This document shows positions 16,889 to 24,091 of a stretch of 40,812 nucleotides of DNA, in pieces (position 1 is the stretch's first letter; the number at the start of each line of letters is the position of its first letter). The position numbers and the translations under genes are program-made. This DNA comes from Candidatus Saccharimonadota bacterium (GTDB lineage Bacteria > Patescibacteriota > Doudnabacteria > UBA920 > O2-02-FULL-48-8), in contig JBLMZV010000050.1 in assembly GCA_050259015.1 (NCBI GenBank), positions 1-40,812 on the forward strand, written 5' to 3'. The notes below the pieces were generated by a model. The model had not been told where the DNA came from and did not search any database. It was given only the letters and a program-made list of their open reading frames with translations.

Positions 16889-17251
16889 ATGAAGAAAGCT
16901 TTATTCTTGTCTATGGTCACGGTTTTTGCGCTTAGCCCGGTTGTCGCGCTTGCGCAGCTGACTAATCCTAATTTAGCAGGAACGGGCTTGCCCAGTTCCA
17001 ATGACCCGAATGCAACGGCGAGCGATTGGATCTTCACTTTCATCAACGTGGCCTTGGGCGTGGTAGGGATAATCTCTGTGGCTTTCATTATCTACGGCGG
17101 TTTCCGTTACGTAACAGCCGGGGGCAATGACGATTCCTCAGAGAGCGCAAAGAAGATTATCACAAACGCTGTAATCGGGTTGGTGGTAGTAATCTTGTCC
17201 GCTGTCGTGGTCAACGTTATTATCAACGGGCTGGTTTGGCGTAGAGTGTAA
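16889..17251 (+). CDS. VirB2-like mini-pilin paralog 5
   Basis: Signal peptide ending in ALAQL, then IYGGFRYVTAGGNDDSSESAKKIITNAVIGLVVVILSAVVV. Confidence 0.8.
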   Translation: MKKALFLSMVTVFALSPVVALAQLTNPNLAGTGLPSSNDPNATASDWIFTFINVALGVVGIISVAFIIYGGFRYVTAGGNDDSSESAKKIITNAVIGLVVVILSAVVVNVIINGLVWRRV

Positions 17252-17260
17252 AAGCTTTTG

Positions 17261-17297
17261 AAAAAAACCGTTCTCCCCAAAGGGAGAACGGTTTTTG
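17261..17297. terminator. Bidirectional terminator between the convergent pilin array and the minus-strand island
   Basis: 13-bp stem AAACCGTTCTCCC-caaa-GGGAGAACGGTTT, flanked by an A-run on one side and a T-run on the other. Confidence 0.8.
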
Positions 17298-17298
17298 T

Positions 17299-18516
17299 TT
17301 ACTGAATTCCTCCTTGTCTCTTCCACTCGTCGGCCGTTATGGTCCGGTCCTTGCCGCGGACGATCTCCGTGGCAAGCGGTTCGTTCTGGAACCGCTTGGG
17401 ATCAACGTGGCGCGCCTCGGCATGGTCGTCGGTGACGTAGCTGGGCTGCACCTCGATCGTGTCCTCGTAGCCGTGCACGTTCTTGTCCTTGTGCACGAAC
17501 TCTACCTTGTACCAGCCTACCCGGACATCATAGGCGCGGTTAAACCAGCTGTTATGCTTTGAAACCGGCCCCTTGTTGACGCGGGGACCGATGGGACGGC
17601 CGTCCTTGTCGATCCAGGTCAGGTACATGTCCACGTCGGGAAGTTCCGGGCCGTCGATCTTAATCTTGCCGTGCGTGCACTTCCGGTTGGCCGGGAAATT
17701 GGCGCACCACTCGGCGGTCAGGTACGGGTTGTAGTAGCCGTAGCCGCTCGTATAAAGGTTACCGTAGAGTCGCTGGCTGTAAACTGAATAGCCGACATCA
17801 GCCCCGCCTGTATAGGTGGTGGCTGTGTAGTAGTGCGGGGCTCGCATCGCGGGTGCAGGCTCAACGTAAACAGCAGGTCCGAGCGACGCCGCGTATGCCG
17901 CAGAAGACGCTGGCAGGGGAACTATTACTGGTCTGCGCGCAGGTACGGGAGACGGAGTTGCGACTCTCGCCGAAACTGTTCCCAGCTGGTCCTCTTCAAT
18001 CTGCTCTGTTTGCGTTTGAGTGAACTCCCGGTTGACCGCGACCCGCTTCGGTGAAGTGGCTGGCGCCGATGGGACGACTGGTGTTGCGACTGTTACCGTT
18101 TCCGCGGGTGCCGCAGATTTCTTCTGTGGGACAGCTTCGACATCTGCGGTTTTCGCTGCCAGGGCTTCCCCCGAACCGTACAGGACGAGGGAGTCGCCGG
18201 CAAACCTATAACCTACGCCGCGGACGCCGCTCTCGCGGAAGATCTTCTCGATGGCCAACCTGAGGGTCGGCATTCCCTTGATGTCACCGTTGAAGGTATA
18301 ACCGACCAGCGCCTTCTGAACCTCTGTCGAGGCCTGAAGTTCGAACTGATTGGCCTCCGCCAGCGTGATCAGCACGTAGAGCACGGTGCTGCCTTTCTGC
18401 AAGGGGCGGACCAACTCCACGGTTGCCGAGAAGATCGTGGGTTCCTGAGCGATCGCCGGACCCGAACCGAAGGCGAAAGCAGCGGCAATCAAACCGACGA
18501 GTTTTTGAAACTTCAT
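17299..18516 (-). CDS. Secreted 405-aa hypothetical protein (island gene E)
   Basis: Signal peptide MKFQKLVGLIAAAFAFGSGPAIAQE and GGAGGGG RBS. Contains an N-terminal alpha/beta domain, a Pro/Ala/Ser/Val linker, a Tyr/Gly-rich segment (YYTATTYTGGADVGYSVYSQRLYGNLYTSGYGYYNPY), and a C-terminal beta-rich domain with two Cys. Confidence 0.75.
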   Translation of the reverse strand: MKFQKLVGLIAAAFAFGSGPAIAQEPTIFSATVELVRPLQKGSTVLYVLITLAEANQFELQASTEVQKALVGYTFNGDIKGMPTLRLAIEKIFRESGVRGVGYRFAGDSLVLYGSGEALAAKTADVEAVPQKKSAAPAETVTVATPVVPSAPATSPKRVAVNREFTQTQTEQIEEDQLGTVSARVATPSPVPARRPVIVPLPASSAAYAASLGPAVYVEPAPAMRAPHYYTATTYTGGADVGYSVYSQRLYGNLYTSGYGYYNPYLTAEWCANFPANRKCTHGKIKIDGPELPDVDMYLTWIDKDGRPIGPRVNKGPVSKHNSWFNRAYDVRVGWYKVEFVHKDKNVHGYEDTIEVQPSYVTDDHAEARHVDPKRFQNEPLATEIVRGKDRTITADEWKRQGGIQ

Positions 18517-18608
18517 AACCCCTCCTGCATTTTGTCAAAATCGAGTGCGAATCCGGCCTGTGAAACCGGATTGATTCACAGCTTCGGTCGAATCATTTTC
18601 GACGGGTC

Positions 18609-18637
18609 AGTATAGCAAAAATTGGGGGTTTTGTCAA
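18609..18637 (-). promoter_or_regulatory. Promoter of island gene E
   Basis: On the minus strand: TTGACA (18637-18632), 17-nt spacer, TATACT (18614-18609). It shares the 14-nt string ATTTTTGCTATACT with the promoter at 6762. Confidence 0.6.
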
Positions 18638-18671
18638 GGCTTGGCCAGGGTGCACATGCCTACGGGTAAAA

Positions 18672-18705
18672 TAAAAAGGACCCTCGGATATAATCCGAAG
18701 GTCCC
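18672..18705 (-). terminator. Terminator after island gene D
   Basis: Minus strand reads GGGACCUUCGGA-uuaua-UCCGAGGGUCC followed by UUUUU. Confidence 0.7.
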
Positions 18706-18712
18706 GACCCCG

Positions 18713-19576
18713 CTACTCAAGCGGGGTCACCTTCAATTCAAACCCTCCTTTCCTTTGGCGGGCCAGGTCCGAGAGGTGAATCCCGGGCCGGCCTGTTTCC
18801 CAATCGTACAACCGGGTGAAGCCGTTCACCGAAGTGTAGAGCTTCTCGCAACCATCCGGCCGCACTGTCTTTTGGAAGTGCTTGTCCGGCCCCTCCTCAT
18901 CGAAGATGAAGGGGGTGCCGCGGGTGCCCAGACGGCCGAGCGCAGCCATGAACGGCTGGTCAGGGACCAGCATCCGGTAAACCCTGGCGTTGCGCTGGAA
19001 GTTGGCCTGTTCCTCCGGAGTGGCATCCTGCCAGCCAAGAGGTCCGACCCACTTGTGAAGCGCGTACCCGGCCGGATCGTGCGTCGCCGTACCCCAGACT
19101 TCGATCCGGGTCGTTTGGCACACTTCCTTGCCGGTGTCGTACCAGGACAGCGGCTCATCCTCGTCCACGTCGGTCGTGACCGGCATCGAGACGTCGCCGA
19201 ACGTCCGGCCGTAGAGGTGGTTGAGCGCTTCCTTCTCGTTATTGACCTGCTGCCGTCCGTTGTCGCCGTACTTGAGGAGCGCGCTGCGCTGGTCTTCCAG
19301 GTTGAGCGCGCCCTTCTTGGCCGAGGCAATCACCGGCTCATTCTCGGTTTGGATCTTCCCGACCGCAGCCTCAGCGTACCGTCGACTCTCGCCCTTGATC
19401 GCGCTTTCGTGGAGCTGCAACGGAGTGTCGTAACTTTTGACGAAAGGATAAACCGCGAATCGAGCGAACAGGCAAACAAACAGTACCACGACGATGCTCG
19501 TGGCTGATTTAAATATCAACCAGGCGAGCCCAGCTGCGGCAGCGATCAGAAGTAGGAGCGTAAGTATCGCATTCAT
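18713..19576 (-). CDS. Island gene D: membrane protein with two TM helices and a roughly 230-aa soluble beta-rich domain
   Basis: TM helices ILTLLLLIAAAAGLAWLIF and IVVVLFVCLFARFAVYPFV. The start ATG overlaps the stop of C (ATGA). The overlapping plus-strand ORF 18641-19507 is Arg-rich antisense noise. Confidence 0.75.
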   Translation of the reverse strand: MNAILTLLLLIAAAAGLAWLIFKSATSIVVVLFVCLFARFAVYPFVKSYDTPLQLHESAIKGESRRYAEAAVGKIQTENEPVIASAKKGALNLEDQRSALLKYGDNGRQQVNNEKEALNHLYGRTFGDVSMPVTTDVDEDEPLSWYDTGKEVCQTTRIEVWGTATHDPAGYALHKWVGPLGWQDATPEEQANFQRNARVYRMLVPDQPFMAALGRLGTRGTPFIFDEEGPDKHFQKTVRPDGCEKLYTSVNGFTRLYDWETGRPGIHLSDLARQRKGGFELKVTPLE

Positions 19577-20463
19577 GATCGCCTCCGTTCCACGCGCCGC
19601 TCCTCGGTGGCGGAAGTCGCGACCGGAGCAATTGAAGTCGTGGTGGTCGTCTTCTCCGTTGTCTTGGTCTCTTTCTTGTCCGTTTTTTCTTCCTTCTTCT
19701 TCGGTAGAAGCGCGATTACGACGATACCTACGATAGTGAAGCTCACAATAGCCGCTCGGCTCAATCTAACGTCATCCGGGTCAAAGGACCGGATCCTGTC
19801 CCAGAGCGTTACGTTCTCCTCCGGCGGGTCAGGCTTTGCTTCGGGCTGCTTGAAGCGCACCCGGAGTTCCTGATCCATGTACTTAAGGTTCTGTTCCTTG
19901 GTCCGCAGGATTTTGGCAAGCTCCTGCTGCAGCTTCGGGAGGTCGTCCTTGTCGGGCTGCGGAACGAGGAGGTTCCCTTGTCCGTCTTTCTTTTTCCCTT
20001 TGTAGGCGTCGTAGGCTTTCTGGTAATCGTGTTCCGCGCCTTTGGTGATCAGTCGTTCCTGCTCTGCGCGCCAGTTAGCGGCTGCGATTTGCAGGTCGGT
20101 GCCCACCGGATTGGTGGCGTCGTGGGAGTCGATGTCGGCCTGCGCGTGGCGGTTAGCCGCCGCGGTGGTCGAGAACGGCCAGTTGGATGCGAAGTGCTGG
20201 TGGATCAGCGGCCAGTAGCCGATCGTGACCGTGCCTGCCAGAAGCAGGACGAAGATCGCGCCGGCGACCAGGGATACCAACCTGCCGATCGAATGGTTGT
20301 ACTCCCGGAACAGGTATTCCCCGGCGATGATGACTGCGCCCGTGGTAAAGAGCATCAGCCAAAACCTGAGGAAGTTGTCCAGGAGGCCTGACAGCGAAAA
20401 GGCGATGGACAGCAGGCTGACGACGAAGAACAGAACGACGGTTGCGCCGAGTACTTTTTTCAT
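19573..20463 (-). CDS. Island gene C: membrane protein with 3 TM helices, a charged coiled segment, a fourth TM helix and a K/E/T-rich tail
   Basis: Start set at the ATG at 20463, which forms an ATGA overlap with the stop of B; the ORF-track start at 20481 is TTG. Hydrophobic helices, a QQELAKILRTKEQNLKYMDQELR coil, and the tail KKKEEKTDKKETKTTEKTTTTT. Confidence 0.7.
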   Translation of the reverse strand: MKKVLGATVVLFFVVSLLSIAFSLSGLLDNFLRFWLMLFTTGAVIIAGEYLFREYNHSIGRLVSLVAGAIFVLLLAGTVTIGYWPLIHQHFASNWPFSTTAAANRHAQADIDSHDATNPVGTDLQIAAANWRAEQERLITKGAEHDYQKAYDAYKGKKKDGQGNLLVPQPDKDDLPKLQQELAKILRTKEQNLKYMDQELRVRFKQPEAKPDPPEENVTLWDRIRSFDPDDVRLSRAAIVSFTIVGIVVIALLPKKKEEKTDKKETKTTEKTTTTTSIAPVATSATEERRVERRRS

Positions 20464-21212
20464 GCCCGCCCCCTTCGCCAATGCTTGAATATGGCAATGG
20501 CGGTTTCGATCAGCAAGTCGATCTTGATGATGTTCAGGAATGACCGCCAGCCGGACAACGCGGGAGCGCCGGGAACCGTAGCCCCGGGTTCGCGGCGGGC
20601 GACCAGGCGCTGCAGGAGCAGCCTAAAGGGATTGTCCGAGGTGACTTCCTGCCTTTCCGTCCATCGGCTCCGCAGTTCCTGGAACGCCTCCGCGATTTCA
20701 TCGCGGAAAGCGAACGGCACGTACAGAATCGTCAGAATCAGAAGGATCCAAGAGGCGAGCCAGCGCGTGGACCAGTCTGACCAATCGTTGGCCGTTTCCG
20801 GTTTTGGCGCGGTCTGTCCGAGCTCCTGGTCGGTCTGGTACTTGCCTTCCCGAAACAGGTGTAGCCGGCGCTGCCGGTTTTCCTCGATGTCCTTGAGGAC
20901 CTGATTCTTGCTGTAAGCTTCCTGGTAACTTTGGGTCACCGGGGGAGGGCCTGGCTTGGCCGTCTTGAAGTTCCAGATGAACGCCGTAAGCGTTATCAAA
21001 AACATCCAGAACAGCCAGCGGTTGTTGGTCCGCATGAAGAGGCCTAAAAACCTCCCCACGCGGGCAGCGGCCAGTTCGCCGCCGATGAATACGATGGCGG
21101 AAACCGAGCCGAACACGACGAACATCACTATCAGGGTCAGCCAGAATTGTCCGGTCAGCGCCAACACGAAGAGCGTGACGCCGATCCAGGCAAACAGAAT
21201 TCGCAGGAACAT
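20460..21212 (-). CDS. Island gene B: polytopic membrane protein with about 4 TM helices
   Basis: Three N-terminal helices, a charged loop (QVLKDIEENRQRRLHLFREGKYQTDQELG), a fourth helix WLASWILLILTILYVPFAF, and a basic C-terminus. The start lies 9 nt after the stop of A. Confidence 0.7.
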   Translation of the reverse strand: MFLRILFAWIGVTLFVLALTGQFWLTLIVMFVVFGSVSAIVFIGGELAAARVGRFLGLFMRTNNRWLFWMFLITLTAFIWNFKTAKPGPPPVTQSYQEAYSKNQVLKDIEENRQRRLHLFREGKYQTDQELGQTAPKPETANDWSDWSTRWLASWILLILTILYVPFAFRDEIAEAFQELRSRWTERQEVTSDNPFRLLLQRLVARREPGATVPGAPALSGWRSFLNIIKIDLLIETAIAIFKHWRRGRA

Positions 21213-21221
21213 TTTATCCCC

Positions 21222-21890
21222 CTACTTCCATCCGTCGAACAGGTGTTTTAGCAGGCCGTCGCCGGGCTGAGCAGGCTGCTGGGGTTTGTGACCCCAGAAT
21301 TCCAGCTGGACCTTGGCGCTGATGCCGGCCACGAACACGTCCATCTCCAGATGCGGCACGTCGAACGTGAGCTCGACGTTGACGCCGCTCGCGGGAACGC
21401 TCAGGCTCCTCTTGTTGCGGGCGGCCGCTTTGCCGTCGATCTTGAAGTCGGCGCTTGAGACCAGGGTCAGCTTGGAATCGACGCCTTTCTCCTTGGGATC
21501 GACGACGATCAGGTTCAGCCGGTAGTGGCCCGGCTCGATCTTGGTCCGTTCCGTGATCAGACGGAGCTGCGGCTGTTCCTTCTTGACCGGCGCGCTCTTC
21601 TGGACGGGCACCGTGACGGTTTTGGCGAAGCCCTCCGCCTCCGCCTGGATCTGGACGCTGTTGGCGTCCGGCGGCGTGGCCAGGGTTTCCATCACGAGTC
21701 CGCTGACGTCTGTCCGCTTGGGCGGGCCGACGTGCTGGATGCCGTCGATTGAAAACGCCACTTCGACGTTCGGTTGGGGGGTGCCGTTCTTGTAAACGGT
21801 GGCCCGCACCTGTATCTGCCTTTCGTCGGCGGATACGGCATTTAAGCCGATGACAACACGGGGACCTCTTTGCTGCTGATTCTGCGGCAT
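21222..21890 (-). CDS. Island gene A: soluble 222-aa protein with two beta-sandwich (Ig-like) halves
   Basis: GGAGGA RBS, no signal peptide and no TM helix. Alternating beta-strand pattern (IQVRATVYKNGTPQPNVEVAFSIDG..., YRLNLIVVDPKEKGVDSKLTLVSS...) with a Lys/Pro/Gln linker. Confidence 0.7.
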   Translation of the reverse strand: MPQNQQQRGPRVVIGLNAVSADERQIQVRATVYKNGTPQPNVEVAFSIDGIQHVGPPKRTDVSGLVMETLATPPDANSVQIQAEAEGFAKTVTVPVQKSAPVKKEQPQLRLITERTKIEPGHYRLNLIVVDPKEKGVDSKLTLVSSADFKIDGKAAARNKRSLSVPASGVNVELTFDVPHLEMDVFVAGISAKVQLEFWGHKPQQPAQPGDGLLKHLFDGWK

Positions 21891-21959
21891 TATGTTTCCT
21901 CCGATTGGTAGCTTTAGGTGCGGGTTTTACGACTGGTTGCTGGTGTTACTGAACGCCAA

Positions 21960-21988
21960 AATATAGCAGAAATCGGCGTTTTTGTCAA
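21960..21988 (-). promoter_or_regulatory. Promoter of the island A-B-C-D operon
   Basis: On the minus strand: TTGACA (21988-21983), 17-nt spacer, TATATT (21965-21960). Confidence 0.6.
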
Positions 21989-22010
21989 TGAGAGAGGGCT
22001 TTGTTATAAT
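21982..22010 (+). promoter_or_regulatory. Promoter of tRNA-Leu, divergent from the island promoter
   Basis: TTGTCA (21982-21987), 17-nt spacer, TATAAT (22005-22010). The tRNA starts 23 nt downstream. Confidence 0.6.
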
Positions 22011-22032
22011 GGATTGGCTCTTTAGATTTCAG

Positions 22033-22119
22033 GCCGGGGTGGTGAAATTGGCAGACACGCAAGGTTTAGGACCTTGTGCCCGAAAGGGCGTGCAGGTTCA
22101 ATTCCTGTCCCCGGCACCA
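22033..22119 (+). tRNA. tRNA-Leu with anticodon UAG; long variable arm; CCA end is encoded
   Basis: Acceptor GCCGGGG/CCCCGGC, anticodon stem CAAGG/CCTTG with loop TTTAGGA, variable arm TGCCCGAAAGGGCGT, T arm GCAGG-TTCAATT-CCTGT, then ACCA. Confidence 0.9.
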
Positions 22120-22149
22120 AATTGCCCTTAAAGTTGGTAGGAATGAGAG

Positions 22150-22178
22150 TTGACAAACAGAGGGCGTTTAAGTAAAAT
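22150..22178 (+). promoter_or_regulatory. Putative ftsH promoter
   Basis: TTGACA, 17-nt spacer, TAAAAT. Confidence 0.5.
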
Positions 22179-22213
22179 TCGTAGGTCCAATTAACTATTC
22201 GATCCAATTTAAG

Positions 22214-24088
22214 ATGAGTAAATTTATAAGAAATCTCCTGATTATCTTCGCCATCTTCCTGGTAATCGCGGCGGCGTTCAGTTTCTTCGGCGGCGACAAG
22301 AAAAATATCCAGCAGATTTCGATCTCCCAGGTCGCGGACGAGGTCAACGCCGGACAGGTTGACCGGATCGAAGTTTCTCAGGATAACCTGAATGTTTTTT
22401 TGAAAGACGGAACTGAACAGCAATCGGTTAAGGAAAGGGAAGTGGCCCTGTCGGAAACTTTGAAGAATTACGGCGTGGATACCGGCAAGATCAAGGACGT
22501 GAAGATAGATGTGAAGGAAGGCTCCTCGACTTCTTTCTTGACCTCGACCGTGCTGCCGTTCGGAATCCCGTTTTTGCTGATTGCCGCCTTCATCTGGTTT
22601 TTGATGAGGCAGGTCCAGGGTTCTAACAACCGGGCGATGTCGTTCGGCCAGTCCGGCGCCAAGCTTCTGGAACAATCCGACCGCCGGAAAAGGATCACCT
22701 TCGCCGACGTCGCCGGCGTGAAGGAAGCGAAAGAAGAGTTGAAGGAAATCGTGGAATTCCTCCGCTACCCGCAGAAATTCTTTTCTCTGGGCGCCCGGAT
22801 TCCCAAAGGCGTGCTGCTGCTCGGCCCTCCCGGAGTGGGCAAGACCATCATGGCCCGGGCCGTGGCCGGGGAAGCGAATGTTCCGTTTTTTCATATTTCC
22901 GGGTCGGAATTCGTGGAAATGTTCGTGGGGGTCGGCGCGTCGCGCGTCCGCGACCTGTTTAAGCGGGCCAAGCGGAACGCCCCCTGCATAATATTTATCG
23001 ATGAAATCGACGCGGTCGGCCGCCAGCGCGGAACGGGTTTGGGCGGATCGCATGACGAACGCGAACAGACCCTCAATCAGATCCTGGTGGAGATGGACGG
23101 CTTCGACAATGAGACCAACGTGATCGTGATCGCGGCGACCAACCGTCCCGATGTGCTGGACCCGGCGCTTTTGCGTCCCGGCCGGTTCGACCGGCAGGTG
23201 ATTCTGGACCAGCCTGACATTGCGGACAGGGAAGCGATCCTCAAGGTGCATGCCAAGGGCAAGCCGTTGAGCAAACAGGTGGATATACGACAGATAGCCG
23301 AACGCACTCCGGGTTTTTCCGGAGCCGACCTTGCCAACCTCATGAACGAGGGGGCGATTCTGGCCGCCCGCCGAAACCAGAAGGAAGTCGCCCAGCTCGA
23401 TCTTGTCCAGGCGATAGAAAAAGTGATGCTCGGGCCGGAACGGAAAAGCCATGTGTTAAGCAAGCGGGAGAAGGAAATCGCCGCCTGGCACGAAGCCGGG
23501 CACGCCTTGGTCGCGACGGTATTGCCTCACGCCGATCCGGTGCACAAAGTGTCCATCGTGTCCCGCGGCCGGGCTGCGGGGTATACCATGAAGATCCCGT
23601 CTGAAGACAAGAACCTGCACACCAAATCGGAATTTTTGGCTGACATGGCGGTATCCATGGGCGGCTATGCCACCGAGAAGCTGGTCTTCAACGAACTGAC
23701 CACCGGGGCGTCCAATGACCTGAAGGTCGCGACCAATCTGGCCCGAAAACTTGTGACCACTTACGGCATGTCGGAAACCCTCGGACCGATGACTTTCGGA
23801 GAGCATCAGGAAATGATTTTCCTGGGGCGCGAGATATCGGAGCAGAAGAACTACTCCGAGAAGGTCGCCGCCAAGATCGACGAGGAGATCGCAGGGTTCA
23901 TCGACCGGGCTTTCAAGACCGCCACTGAAATCCTGAACACGTACAAGAACCAACTGACCCTGATCGCTGAGAGGCTGATCAAGGTCGAGACCCTCGAGCG
24001 CGAGGAGTTTGAAGCGCTCGTCCGGGATATCATTCCCAAGGAGAAGCTGTACAAAAAATCACAGGAACCGCTGCCCTCCGTGGCATAA
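22214..24088 (+). CDS. ftsH: ATP-dependent zinc metalloprotease FtsH
   Basis: Two TM helices, Walker A GPPGVGKT, Walker [13 protein letters not shown] region [20 protein letters not shown], and zinc site HEAGHA. Confidence 0.97.
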   Translation: MSKFIRNLLIIFAIFLVIAAAFSFFGGDKKNIQQISISQVADEVNAGQVDRIEVSQDNLNVFLKDGTEQQSVKEREVALSETLKNYGVDTGKIKDVKIDVKEGSSTSFLTSTVLPFGIPFLLIAAFIWFLMRQVQGSNNRAMSFGQSGAKLLEQSDRRKRITFADVAGVKEAKEELKEIVEFLRYPQKFFSLGARIPKGVLLLGPPGVGKTIMARAVAGEANVPFFHISGSEFVEMFVGVGASRVRDLFKRAKRNAPCIIFIDEIDAVGRQRGTGLGGSHDEREQTLNQILVEMDGFDNETNVIVIAATNRPDVLDPALLRPGRFDRQVILDQPDIADREAILKVHAKGKPLSKQVDIRQIAERTPGFSGADLANLMNEGAILAARRNQKEVAQLDLVQAIEKVMLGPERKSHVLSKREKEIAAWHEAGHALVATVLPHADPVHKVSIVSRGRAAGYTMKIPSEDKNLHTKSEFLADMAVSMGGYATEKLVFNELTTGASNDLKVATNLARKLVTTYGMSETLGPMTFGEHQEMIFLGREISEQKNYSEKVAAKIDEEIAGFIDRAFKTATEILNTYKNQLTLIAERLIKVETLEREEFEALVRDIIPKEKLYKKSQEPLPSVA

Positions 24089-24091
24089 ATT

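Noticed and set aside
17299-22119. The minus-strand island as a tRNA-targeted integrative element or prophage remnant.
   Set aside because: There is no integrase, recombinase, transposase or phage-like gene. I found no direct repeat of the tRNA-Leu 3' end. The island abuts the 5' (promoter) side of the tRNA rather than its 3' end. Its promoters, RBSs and terminators are the same type as the host's. By eye its GC content is not distinct from flanking genes.
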